64,000 nt of DNA from the NCBI RefSeq assembly GCF_006345805.1, contig NC_043006.1:18228001-18292000 (forward strand), given 5' to 3'. A model generated the notes under the pieces. That model was not told where the DNA came from. It did no database searches and saw only the letters and a list, made by a program, of their open reading frames with translations. A program made the position numbers and the translations under genes. This document shows, piece by piece, positions 11,505 to 24,265 of the stretch. The DNA comes from Octopus sinensis (lineage: Eukaryota). Numbering within the stretch: position 1 is the stretch's first letter; every line of letters starts with the position of its first letter.

Positions 11505-11905
11505 TGGCTGTGTGGTAAGTAGCTTGCTAACCAAGCACATGGTTCCGGGTTCAGTCCCACTGCGTGGCATCTTGGGCAAGTGTCTTCTGCTATAGCCCCG
11601 GGCCGACCAATGCCTTGTGAGTGGATTTGGTAGACGGAAACTGAAAGAAGCATGTCGTATATATGTATATATATATGTATGTGTGTGTGTATTTGTGTGT
11701 CTGTGTTTGTCCCCCTAGCATTGCTTGACAACCGATGCTGGTGTGTTTACGTCCCCGTCACTTAGCGGTTCAGCAAAAGAGACCGATAGAATAAGTACTG
11801 GGCTTACAAAGAATAAGTCCCGGGGTCGATTTGCTCGACTAAAGGCGGTGCTCCAGCATGGCTGCAGTCAAATGACTGAAACAAGTAAAAGAGTAAAAAG
11901 AGTAA
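11505..11905 (+). mobile_element. tRNA-derived CORE-like SINE type A
   Basis: TGGCTGTGTGGTAAG A-box, GGTTCAGTCCC B-box, CTTGGGCAAGTGTCTT core-like motif, internal microsatellite, (TAAAAGAG)n tail. Confidence 0.85.
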
Positions 11906-12109
11906 TAGTTATTTTTCATCCCATAGATTTTTTTTTTACAATGTAAGCAAGAAAAGAATAAAACACTTCTGTGAATCTTTTCTATTTTATATACATGCTT
12001 TGTATGCATGCTCTATCACTATCAGAATAAAAGTACCTTTTTACACACACACACACATATATATCATCATCATCATCATCATCACCATTTAACGTCTGTT
12101 TTCCAAGCT

Positions 12110-12268
12110 GGGTACAGGACATCAAAAAAACGTTGAACACAATGAGAAACGAGTTGTATGTCTTGTACTCTGTTTTTCTCGTTGTTTGAAAAAAAGTTCG
12201 TTTCCATGTTCTTGTTTTTGAGTTTTCGTTTCTCATTGTGTTCAACGTTTTTTTGATGTCCTGTACCC
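12110..12268. repeat. Small fold-back element with perfect 43-bp inverted arms
   Basis: 12110-12152 is the exact reverse complement of 12226-12268; right end abuts an (AT)-rich microsatellite. Confidence 0.85.
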
Positions 12269-12685
12269 ATATATGCATGGATATATACATATAGATGTAG
12301 GTATGTACATATATGTATGTATATATGTATATATTTATATATTATTTATATTATTATATGATCGAACACCACACATCCTTTTCCAAGTAAGTTTCATCTT
12401 AATAATTATGATGCGCACTCTTCACCTTTACTATTTCTCCTCTGTCTATCTCTCTCCCTCTCTTGTTCTTCATCCTTTCTGGTTTTCTCTCCCACCCAAT
12501 TCTTCTCCTCTCTGCTTCACTGTTCCCTCTCTCTTACTCCTCCTTGTTACCATTTTTAAACCCCACACCCACCCCAGCAAAAAATCCCAAATTTTATTTA
12601 ATTTGGTTTGCAGGAATGACTGTTTCAATGAAGTTGCATCTTGTCCTTACTTTCGAACGCGGAGTAGACAAAACAAGGACACACA

Positions 12686-12731
<46 letters not shown>

Positions 12732-12757
12732 TACAGATACATATATATATATCTATA

Positions 12758-13148
12758 TACTCTTTTACTTGTTTCAGTCATTTGACTTCGGCCATGCTCA
12801 GGAGCATCGCCTTAGGTCGAGGAAATCGACCCCAGGACTTATTCTTTGTAAGCCTAGTACTTATTCTATCTGTCTCTTTTGCTGAACCACTAAGTTACGG
12901 GGACGTAAACACACCAGCATCGGTTGTCAAGCGATGTTGGGGGGGGGGGACACAGACACACATATATACATATATACATATATACAACAGGCTTCTTTCA
13001 GTTTCCATCTACCAAATCCACTCACAAGGCTTTGGTTGGCCCGAGGCTATAGTAAAAGACACTTGCCCAAGGTGCCATGCAGTGGGACTGAACCCGGAAC
13101 CATGTGGTTGATAAGCAAGCTACTTATCACTCAGCCACTCCTGCGCCT
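12758..13148 (-). mobile_element. SINE type A
   Basis: Full-length reverse copy of the 11505-11905 family. Confidence 0.85.
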
Positions 13149-13191
13149 ATATATATATAAATATGTGTGTGTGCGTGTGCATCTGTATATA

Positions 13192-14323
13192 TTCGGCTAT
13201 CCCATAAATAATGCGTTTTTTTTTATACTTCTTTTATTTTTCAAAATTCAGATAAACAAAGTTCTTTTTTAATCTAAAATATACTCTCCTTCATTTTCTA
13301 CAATGCTCTTCCATCTTTCTGGTAGACTTGCTAGGCCCTTCTTTCAAAATTCACTTGTCAGTAATGAAAAATACTCCTCCAATACTGTTCTGATCTGGTC
13401 TACAGAATTCATATTCTTTCTGACCAAATGATTTTGAAGGTTGCAGAATAACTGATAATCAGAAGGGGCAATGTCTGGTGAATATGGTGGTTGGGGCACT
13501 GTTTCCCATTCAAACTGCTCCAGTCTTTCGAATGTCGTCCTTGCTGTATGTGGCCAAGCATTATCCTGATGGAAGAACACCTTCCCTTTTGAAACCAAAG
13601 ATGATCGTTTTTCTTCTAGCGCTGACTTAAGCCGCTCAAGCTACTTACAGTAGATCTCTTTTGTTATTGTTTGGTTTGGGTTTAAAAGTTTAAAGTGGAT
13701 TCAACCTTTCAGATCCCACCAAAAAGATAACAACATCTTACATGGGTGAAGACCTTCTTTAGCCTGGGATGCCAGTGTTTCTCCTTTCCCTACCCACCAT
13801 CTTCAGTACTTGACATTTTTATAGAAAACCCATTTCTCATCACCAGTCACTATTCAACCAAAAAAAGGCTCATTCGTGAGCCATGACAGTAAAGAAAAGC
13901 ACACATTCACTATCTGCTTGCAATTAGACTTGGAAAGTCTGTGAGGAACCCATTAATCCAATTTGCTGACTTTTCCAATGGCATGCAGGTGTCAATGAAT
14001 GGTTGAATGATCAAATCCAAGCTTCTCTGCTAGTTCCTCAACAGTTACGATAGGATTTTGTTCTATCAGGTTTTGCAGGACATCCTCGTCAAGCTCAACA
14101 GATCTTCCAGGACAAGGCTCATCTCTTTTGTTACTTCCATTATAACTTTGAAAAAATAACTGTTAAAATCAAACTGCACTCTTCAAAACTTACACTAAGA
14201 ATAAATATAAAGTTAAATTACTACCTGCTTTTATAGTAAGTTGATGCAGGCAGGTTATCCCATCCCCCTCCTACTGTTAGTTCATGCAATTGTAAAAACC
14301 GCATTATTTATGGGATGACCCAA
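13192..14323 (-). mobile_element. Degenerate mariner (DD34D) transposon
   Basis: ~30-bp TIRs (TTGGGTCATCCCATAAATAATGCG), TA TSD; VTGDEKW, FHQDNA and YSPDIAPSDY remnants. Confidence 0.85.
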
Positions 14324-15378
14324 TACATATATACATATATATAAAAATAAAGTTAATTGCCACATCAAAGTTAAACTAGTAGTAACATTGAACAGCCACT
14401 TTGATGTGGTGATTAATTTTACTTAGTATAGTCACTACTCTGATCTCTTCTTGAGATTTTATAACTAGCTATATATTACAGAGATGTACTTGCATAGCAA
14501 GTGACTTGATATGAGATCATGTGCTGAAACAAAAACAATTGCAGTATGGAAGGTGTTTATAAGCCTTTTAAAATCACACAAAAACCATTAGATTCACTTC
14601 AACATTTAAATTTAATTTGTCAAAATATCTTCGTTGCTTTGAAACTGTGACCTGTTCACTGAGATGAAGCATGGAATTTTGTCATTGAACAGGTTGCAGT
14701 TTCAAAGCGATGAAAATATTTTGACAAATTAAATTTAAATGTTGAAGTGAATCTAACGGTTTTTGTGTGATTTTAGATGGCTTATAAACACCTCCCATGC
14801 TACCCAGGAAGACATGGGATGAGGTGGTGAAGCATGACCTTCAGACATTGGTCCTCACAGAGGCAATAACAGGAGATGAATACATATATACGATGGGCTT
14901 CTTTCAGTTTCCGTCTACCAAATCCACTCACAAGGATTTAGTCAGCCTGAGACTATAGTAGAAAACACTTGCCCAATATGCCACGCAGTGGAAATGAACC
15001 CAGAACCATTTAGGTTGGTAAGCAAGCTACTTACCACACAGCCACTCCTGTGCCTTGAACTTATGTTGTTTTTTATGCAAATTTGTCATTTGTTACCAAT
15101 ATACATACATATACTTGCATGTTTATATATACACACACACACACATATATATGCATACATATATACACACACGCACATATATATGCATATATATACACAC
15201 ACACATATATATATCATGTGGTGTGTGTGTGTGTGTGTGTGCACATAGGTATTTCTTCTTTCTCCTTTCTGCTTGACAAACGGTGTTGGTTTGCTTACAT
15301 CCTCTTTACTTAGCACTTCAGTGAAAGCAAATGATGAATGAATAACAAACTTCATCTGTATTATGGCAGAATTGTTTA

Positions 15379-15850
15379 ACTAAGACTCTACTCCCTGGAG
15401 AGAAGATGGAAGAGGTATGCAGTAATATATGTCTGGAAGATCCTGGAAGGAATTGTGCCAAATTTTGGCATTGTAAGCTACACCAATGCTAGAACGGGAC
15501 GGACACTGCATAGTGCCAAAGATCCCAGCAGTGCCATCACACTTCAGGACCAGCTTCTGCAACAGCCTGGGTTTCAAGGGCCCACAGCTTTTAATATTCT
15601 CCAAAGAGTCTGAGGAACTTGCACAAAGTAGATTTAGCGGTTTTTAAATCAAAGCTGGACATCTTCCTGTCAAGAGTCCCAGATGAACCTACCTCACGGC
15701 AAGAGGTGCCAATGAGAGTAGCTATATCAAACTCCATTCTTCACCAAGTGCCACATATTAGACGAGGTTCATCGTAATAACAGTGTAGCACAAAACGGCG
15801 GTGCATCAGCATGGCCGCAGCTCTGAGCTGAAACTAGAAAGAAAAAAAAA
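15379..15850 (+). mobile_element. CR1-type LINE 3' end
   Basis: LRLYSLERRWKRYAVIYVWKILEGIVPN..FKSKLDIFLSRVPDEP with frameshifts, followed by short 3'UTR and A-rich tail. Confidence 0.8.
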
Positions 15851-16069
15851 CTAAAACCCTTGAAAGTTGTACCTCAACAGTACCAGCAGTCACCCATGCA
15901 TACAAGCCCACCCCCATCTCCTCACCACTGATGTTCTCCGAGGGAAAGGCAAAATCCGATACAGCTTGGAACCAGTGATGTCACAACACATTTTTACAGA
16001 TGAGTGGACTCAAGCAACATGAAATAAAGTATCCTGTTCAAGAACACAACACACAGCTTGGTTCTGGGA
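15850..16069 (-). mobile_element. SINE type D, truncated by gap
   Basis: Similarity to 46463-46780. Confidence 0.6.
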
Positions 16070-16169
16070 NNNNNNNNNNNNNNNNNNNNNNNNNNNNNNN
16101 NNNNNNNNNNNNNNNNNNNNNNNNNNNNNNNNNNNNNNNNNNNNNNNNNNNNNNNNNNNNNNNNNNNNN
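16070..16169. other. Assembly gap (100 N)
   Basis: Run of exactly 100 N; the two sides may not be physically contiguous. Confidence 0.99.
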
Positions 16170-16199
16170 CCTTTGGATATCCTTGTTGCTTATTTTGAT

Positions 16200-16425
16200 T
16201 GTATGTGTGTGTGTGTGTGTGTGTGTGTTTGTCCCCCCAACATCACTTGACAACCGATGCTGGTGTGTTTACGTCCCCGTGACTTAGCAGTTTGGCAAAA
16301 GAGACCGGTAGAATGAGTACTGGGCTTACAAAGAATAAGTTCTGGGGTCGATTTGCTCGACTAAAGGCGGTGCTCCAGCATGGCCACAGTCACTTGACTG
16401 AAACAAGTAAAAGAGTAAAAGAGTA
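16200..16425 (+). mobile_element. SINE type A, 3' half
   Basis: Microsatellite plus tail identical in structure to 11660-11905. Confidence 0.8.
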
Positions 16426-16507
16426 AACTATTACTCAGAGTTTCATGTTACTGTTTCATTTGACATTTGTGATCATACTAAAATAAAAATTGCAATAGTA
16501 CATATAT

Positions 16508-16727
16508 GTTTCTTTACTACCCACAAGGGGCTAAACATAGAGGGGACAAACAAGGACAGACAAACGAATTAAGTCGATTACATCGACCCCAGTGCATAAC
16601 TGGTACTTATTTAATCATTCCCGAAAGGATGAAAGGCAAAGTTGACCTCAGCGGAATTTGAACTCAGAACGTAACGGCAGACGAAATACGGCTACGCATT
16701 TCGCCCAGCGTGCTAACGGTTCTGCCA
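16508..16727 (-). mobile_element. SINE type B
   Basis: Family match to 3501-3732. Confidence 0.8.
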
Positions 16728-17060
16728 TCATCATATTATATTACATATACCATCACAATGATAACAGCGAATGATAACATGAAACTCTGAGTAACAGAGT
16801 ATATATATTATCATCATCATCATTTAGTGTCTGCTGATCATGCTGCCATGGGTTAGAGGATTTGACTGGAACTGGTAAGCTGGAGAGCTGCGCCAGGTTC
16901 CAGCCTGATTTGGCATGGTTTCCACAGCTGGATGCCCTTCCTAACTCCAACCACTCCAAGAAAATAATGGGTGCTTTTTACACACCACTGGCAAGGACTT
17001 TTTATGTACAGATAGTAGTTACATAACACCAAGATCATCCACAACTATGATACAGGTACA

Positions 17061-17338
17061 ATGAACACTGGAAATGTACAGAAAATAGACTCTTTCAGTT
17101 GCCAGAGGGATAACCTAGAAGCATTTGATAGCTTCTGTTATCTAGGTAACCAAGTCAGCAGTGGAGATGGTTGTGTAGCTGCTAGAATAAGAATAGGCTG
17201 GGCAAAGTTCAGAGAGCTTTTACCTTTGTTGGTATCTAAGGTCCTCTCCCTCAGAGCGAAAGACAAATTGTATGATGCCTGCGTGCAAACAGCCATGCTG
17301 CATGGCAGTGAGACATGGCTTGTGACTCCTGAGGATGT
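17061..17338 (+). mobile_element. RTE ORF2 fragment
   Basis: FCYLGNQVSSG..ARIRIGWAKFRELLPLLV..LYDACVQTAMLHGSETW. Confidence 0.85.
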
Positions 17339-17349
17339 ATATATATATA

Positions 17350-17398
<49 letters not shown>

Positions 17399-17442
17399 AT
17401 ATACATACATACATACATACAACATACATACATATATATATA

Positions 17443-17482
<40 letters not shown>

Positions 17483-17484
<2 letters not shown>

Positions 17485-19596
17485 GGCCACGTTCGGATGG
17501 ATTCTTGTGTGCCACCGGCACTGGTACCACAGCGGTACTGACTACGGCCAAGCGGTACTGACTACGGCCACGTTCGGATGGATTCTTGTGTGCCACTGGC
17601 ACTGGTACCACAAGGATACAAATTCCATTGATGTTCATCTATTTTGATTTGTTTTGATTTGATTTGATTTGATTTTCACTTGCCTCAGCAGGTCTTCACA
17701 AGTCGGAAGGTATGTACAGGTGGACTGACTACGTCCCAGGTAGGGCCCACGGTTATGACCTGACTAGTCTTGCCGGGTCTTCGGATGGTGTTTTTATGTG
17801 CCACCATGTTCCCACAGCACGGAGGCCAGTCGATGCGGTACTGGCTACGGCCACGTTCGGATGGTTTTCTTGTGTGCCACAGGCACTGGTACCACAAAGA
17901 TACAATTCCATTGATGTTCATCTATTTTGATTGATTTTCACTTGCCTCAGCAGGTCTTCACAAGTGTCACAAGAAGGAAGGTATGCACAGGTTGGATCGA
18001 CTACGTCCCAGGTAGGGGCCACGGGATATGGCCTGACTAGTCCTGCCGGGTCCTCTCATGCACAGCACACTTCCATAGGACTCGGTCTTCAGTCATTTCC
18101 TTGGTGAGACCTAAAGTTCGAAGGTCGTGCTTCACCACCTCGTCCCAGGTTTTCCTGGGTCTACCTCTTCCACAGGTTCCCTCAACTGCTAGGGTGTAGC
18201 ACTTTTGCACACAACTATCTTCAGCCATTCTCGTCACTGACCATACCAGCGCAGCCGTCTCTCTTGCCACCCACACACTGACACTTCTTAGGTTCAACTT
18301 TTCTCTCAAAGTACTTACACTCTGACGATTATGAACACTGACATTACACATCCATCGGAGCATACAGGCTTCATTTCTTGCAAGCTTACGCATATCCTCA
18401 GCTGTCACGGCCCATGTTTCACTACCATGTAGCATGGCTGTACGTACACACGCATCATATAGTCTGCCTTTTACTCTTAGCGAGAGACCTTTTGTCACCA
18501 GCAGGGGTAAGAGCTCTCTAAACTTTGCCCAGGCTATTCTTACTCTAGCAGTTACGCTTTCAGCACACCCACCCCCGCTACTGACTTGGTCTCCTAGGTA
18601 GCGGAAGCTATCAACTACTTCTAGTTTGTCTCCCTGGAACGTGGTAGAAGTTTTGGACTCTGCACATTTCCAGTGTTTATTTCTCCTGGCATCTGCCACA
18701 GACAAAAACTATTTTCTTAGTTAGCCTTCCTTTGACATTGCTGCACCTCTTATGTGTCCATAGCTTACACTTGGTGCACCTTATAGAGTTTCTACCTACA
18801 CCTTTTTTTACAGATCGAGCAGGGCCATCTACCTGAAGTCGTTTGTGGTTGGTCCACCTTCCTACTTATTAGGACTTTGGTTTTGGCTAGGTTGATTCTA
18901 AGGCCCTTCAATTCTAATCCTTGTTTCCACACCTGAAACTTCTCCTCCAGTTCTGATAGTGACTCAGCAATTAGAGCAAGGTCATCAGCATATAGGAGCT
19001 CCCAGGGGCATCCTGTCTTAAATTCTTCCTTATTGCCTGGAGGACTATGATAAATAGGAGGGGGCTGAGGACTGAACCTTGGTGGACCCCAACCTCTACC
19101 CGGAATTCTTCACTGTACTCGTTGCCAACCCTCACCTTACTAGCTGCGTCTCTGTACATGGCTCGCACAGCTCTCACTAACCATTCATCTATCCCTAGTT
19201 CCTCATTGACCACCAGATAAGGGATCGGGGAACCCTGTCAAAGGCTTTCTCTAAGTCAACAAAAGCCAGGTACAAGGGCTTACCTTTGGCTAGGTATTTC
19301 TCCTGCAGCTGTCTTACCAGGAATATAGCATCAGTAGTACTTTTCCCTGGCACGAACCCAAACTGCATATCATCTAAGCTAACTCTCTCTCTAATTAACT
19401 GGCTATAACCCTCTCCGTAACCTTCATTACCTGATCCAACAGCTTGATGCCCCTGTAGTTATTTGTATCTAGGGCATCGCCTTTACCTTTGTAGCAGTTG
19501 ACTATTATGCTGCTACACCAGTCATTTGGTATGACTCCTTCGTGTATCATCTGGTTAACTATACGGGAGACTATGCTATAGCCGACACTACCAGAT
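17483..19596 (-). mobile_element. RTE LINE: RT domain, PHD finger, C-terminus and duplicated 3'UTR (frameshifted)
   Basis: [72 protein letters not shown]. Confidence 0.92.
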
Positions 19597-19646
19597 ATTA
19601 TACATATATATATATCCATATATAATATATATATACATATATATAT

Positions 19647-19687
<41 letters not shown>

Positions 19688-19758
19688 ATATATATATATA
19701 ATATAATATATATATATATACATATATATTATATATACATATATATATAATACATACA

Positions 19759-19790
<32 letters not shown>

Positions 19791-19861
19791 CATATTATAT
19801 ATATATACATATATATATATACATAACATATATATATATATACATATATATATATACATTA

Positions 19862-19911
<50 letters not shown>

Positions 19912-19933
19912 CTATCATATATTATATATATAC

Positions 19934-19966
<33 letters not shown>

Positions 19967-20289
19967 CATACATATATATACATATATATATACATATATA
20001 TACATATATATACAATATATGGGATACATATATATATACATATATATATACATATATATGGGATACATATATATATATACATATATATGGGATACATATA
20101 TATACATATATATACATATATATGGGATACATATATATACATGATATATATCTATATATACATATATATGGGATACATATATATATATATATATACATAT
20201 ATATATACATATATATACATATATATGGGATACATATATATATATATATATATATTATATACATATATATATATATACATATATATGGG

Positions 20290-20328
<39 letters not shown>

Positions 20329-20355
20329 CATATATATACATATATATATATATAT
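19597..20355. repeat. Long (TA)n/(TAC) microsatellite with seven GGGATAC-containing units
   Basis: Direct inspection; GGG at 20021, 20060, 20089, 20124, 20170, 20227, 20287. Confidence 0.95.
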
Positions 20356-20411
20356 TTTGTTTATTTCTGTAAACCTGCCTTCGTCTTTTGTCTATTTTCA
20401 TAAAGCTTCCC
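20356..20411 (+). repeat. Short terminal repeat fragment (Penelope-like), ends in (TA)n
   Basis: Reverse complement of 60551-60610. Confidence 0.5.
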
Positions 20412-21196
20412 CCTATATATATACATATATTTATGCGCACACACACACATTAATATTGTGTGCACGTTCTTAAATAAGCAATAACATGTTCGCATAGATA
20501 TATGAAAATATGTGTATTCATAAATGCATATATTTGCATATATAAATATATTTGTATTCATGAATACGTACATTTGCATATATCTGTTGTATAATGCTTC
20601 TCTATTTATGATGTGGACTGAGTGTACATGTTGCATACATACATACACACATGATATGCCTTTATATCAATCATACATACATGCATGCATAGAAAAGTAC
20701 CTGCAGTGAACAGGATCACAGTAGAGGTGTAAGAGAGAGTGTTTAAATCGAAACTCATTACAAATCTCCACTTGTTAATGCTAAAAATCATGGGAGGCTT
20801 GTAATACCTCACAATACTGAAAAATGCTAGCACCACCCCACCACACGCATCCCATTCAAGAATGATGGCAATTGGGATGTATACAGGAATAACAAAGAAT
20901 TTCTGTACATGTTAAAGTGGGTAAGATTTTTTTACTCATTATATATAATTCTCATTGGTTAGATTTGTTAACATATGAGATGTATTAAAAATAAAATTTT
21001 ACTTGTGGTCTTTAAGTATAGTGTAAGCTAAAAATCTTATCTTTTTATCTATTTCTCACTTGAAAGCAATTTTCTTAGCTTTTTTAGTAGTGATGGTCTG
21101 ATAAAAAAAACTGTTTGTTGGAGGTTTGTTGAGTTTTAACCCTATCTACAATATGTGTGTTTGTGTACACATATATCCGTAATATACATGTATATA

Positions 21197-21774
21197 CACA
21201 GACATGCAGGAAGTAAATAGACACCTTGAATTTTCAAAATCTTTTATTTGACATTAATTGGTTGAAGGAGAGGTTTTCTTCTAGCTGCACATCCATAATA
21301 CCCAAGCTTATGCAGATATGTAATACACGTTCTTGGACTAACTTCTTGCTGTTTTGCAATGTCAGAAGCCTTCAAACGGGGTTCCTTTTCCACAATTCTC
21401 TTCAAACAGCGAAACTTCCTTTCCAAGGGCCAAGGTTGGCCAGGACAAGAATCTGTTGATTTTTTTCCTTGGCTTTTGAATTGCACCATAATTCTTTTAA
21501 CAGTAGCAAAAGGAATTTGAAGATTTTCAGCAATTTTTCGCTGGCTAAGACCAGCCTGAGATTGCCCAACAATATGCCCACTTTGAAAATCTGACAGTTC
21601 TGCTGAATTTTGTGTGTGTGATATGGTTACTCTTCGCAAATGTTTAATATAATGGCACCTGGAAGGGAAAAGAATAATTGCATTGTAAATTCTACACCAC
21701 TGAAAACATATTAAGACGCTTAGATCAGAAATTTTGAAAATTAAAGGTGTCTATTTACTTCCTGCATGTCTCTG
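21197..21774 (-). mobile_element. Tc1-family internal-deletion derivative
   Basis: 44-bp TIRs (2 mismatches), TA TSD; ORF 21244-21639 encodes the N-terminal HTH region ending GYYGCAARRKPLL. Confidence 0.9.
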
Positions 21775-21796
21775 TATATATGGTGTGTGTGTGTGT

Positions 21797-21858
<62 letters not shown>

Positions 21859-23368
21859 ATGTGTGTGTGTATACATATATGTTTATGCATAGATAGATTT
21901 TCTTCTTACCTGGGAAATAATATTAATTCAAAGGTCCAGAGTTACATACCAAAGCACATTTTGAAATCTGATACATGCATTGACATGAAATTCTAAGCCC
22001 TTGGGTTACAGTGGCTTTTGGACCAAACCATAAATATTTTGCACTAACTATTGTGTTCTATTTCTCCACTTACATATTACGCACACATACATGCATGCAC
22101 ACACACACACACACATACACACATACATGCACACACACACACATGCACACACACACACACACACATGCACACACACACACATGCATGCCTGCACACATGC
22201 ACACACACACACACACATACGAATATTTGCCTGCGTATAAACATTTATGATCTTTGCAATACATTTTGTTTATTTTTATGACAACAATAGTTCTGTCTTT
22301 TTGACTGCCATCCATCATTGTTATTACTCTAGATTCTCTGGTTTCAGTGGTGAAATAATAACAAACCATGAAAATGGATCTGAAAGGTATCCTGCATAAT
22401 GTAAATTAATATATTAGACATAATAATGCCTAATAAATTGCTAGTCTCAAGTTCAATGTCCAAGTATTGTAGATTCAACGAACTGCTAAACGCAACTTGG
22501 CAGATAAATTACTTGATTGTGTCTCCTAGACATACCAAAGAGTCAATGGTTTGCAAGCAATTATTAATATCATTCTTGGTGTTTTGATCTAAGTCAGTCT
22601 GGTTCCAACCGTACCATCATATAGTTTTCTATATCCAAAACAACATTGACCGTGCATCCATTTAATTTTTAATATGACAGGGTGACATTTGAAAAAAATT
22701 AGGCAACTATTTTTAGCAGAACAAGTGACTACATTATGGCTTCCTTGTCAACTTTGCACCAGCACAGAACATTGTCTATGATGAAGGCTCTTAACTCTTG
22801 CAGGCCTCAGCCAAATAGACATGAATATATATCATGAACTAAGTGCAACTCACAGATTCAATCAACAGGGAAACTACTTTATAGTTAATGAAATTGTATT
22901 TAACTTCATTTATTTTATATTTTATTGACAAGCAGCTTATAGTGGTAATTGGTTCCAAGGCATGTGGTTTAACCAAAGAATTGACATAACATGCAAAAAT
23001 GTTTTTCAAAGTTTATCAGCTGATATCTGTTTTAGTAAATGATTTGTACATATTTTTACCCATATTTTACTTGATTTTTTTCCTCTTCAGTATTGGCATT
23101 TAGGTATTTTTTAAAAAATTTGTTATGCTTTTAAATATGTTGGCTGAGACCAAAGTAAAGTCTGATAAATTGACTAAAGTTGAGTTTTACTTCTTCCATT
23201 AATTTCCCTAAAAAAAAAATGTTAAGTCAAGAAAGACTAACTTGAAACAATGTAAATTGAGATTTATCTGTTTTCTTATTTGTTTTTTCTACATTTAATA
23301 TGGAACAACAATGTTCCCAAATTTATATTCAACATTTCCAGGCTTTAACAGTTACATTTTCAAGAGTA

Positions 23369-24259
23369 TGAGGTGATAGCAAAAAGTTCCTGGACTAGTT
23401 ATGTTTCATAAAAAATAACTTATTTACTCTTTACTCTTTTACTCTTTTACTTGTTTCAGTCATTTGACTGTGGCCATGCTGGAGCACTGCCTTTAGTCGA
23501 GCAAATCGACCCCGGGACTTATTCTGTGTAAGCCCAGTACTTATTCTATCGGTCTCTTTTGCTGAACCGCTAAGTGACGGGGACGTAAACACACCAGCAT
23601 CGGTGGTCAAGCAATGCTAGGGGAACAAACACAGACACACAAACCCCCACACACACACATACATATATATATACATATATACGACAGGCTTCTTTCAGTT
23701 TCCGTCTACCAAATCCACTCACAAGGCATTGGTCGGCCTGGGGCTATAGCAGAAGACACTTGCCCAAGATGCCACACAGTGGGACTGAACCCAGAACCGT
23801 GTGGTTGATTAGCAAGCTACTTACCACACAGCCACTCCTTGCCCAAGTTTTAACATAATCTCTTTCAAAATAGCACCATATGCAGTAATGCACTGGTCCC
23901 TGCATTCCTTCCCCTTCTGGAATCCAGCCTGGAAGTCGTTTTCCCTAAGCAAGTCAAGGACCTTCTTTAATTCGTTCTTGATCTCAACAACAGTGTTAAA
24001 ATGATGACCTTTGAGCTGCCTTTTCATTTTAGGGAAGAAATGGAAGTCTGCAGGTGCTAAATCTGGCAAATAGGATGGGTACAGAAGTGATACCATATTG
24101 TTTTTGGTTAGAAACTCCTGAGTAAGGAGTGCTTAGTGACAGGGTACACTGTCATCATGAAGAATCGAATTCTTTACACACCACAGATCCAGTTGCTTTC
24201 AACTCAACCATGTGCAGCCCACTACAGAACTAGTTCGAAAACTTTTTGATACCACCTAA
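23369..24259 (-). mobile_element. Mariner deletion derivative interrupted by a SINE
   Basis: Diverged TIRs (GAGGTGATAGCAAAAAGTT / AACTTTTTGATACCACCT), TA TSD; YLPDLAPADFHFFPKMKRQLKG. Confidence 0.75.
23425..23840 (-). mobile_element. SINE type A
   Basis: Full-length family match. Confidence 0.85.
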
Positions 24260-24265
24260 TATATA

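Noticed and set aside
11505-11580. SINE heads as tRNA genes
   Set aside because: A/B boxes only; no complete cloverleaf, and each continues into a repeated SINE body.
17339-17482. Shared irregularities in (TA)n/(TACA)n tracts (TATTATA, TACAACATAC) at distant loci as a repeat family
   Set aside because: They look like single-base deletion errors of long-read consensus; this also means some frameshifts in homopolymers may be artefacts.
19395-20473. Long YI/IY-rich ORFs (e.g. 289 aa)
   Set aside because: Translations of (TA)n microsatellite; only the last ~65 codons of 19395-20264 are real RTE sequence.
20700-20819. Minus-strand exon candidate (IVRYYKPPMIFSINKW..)
   Set aside because: Splice-like ends and an open frame are expected by chance at this length; no recognisable protein.
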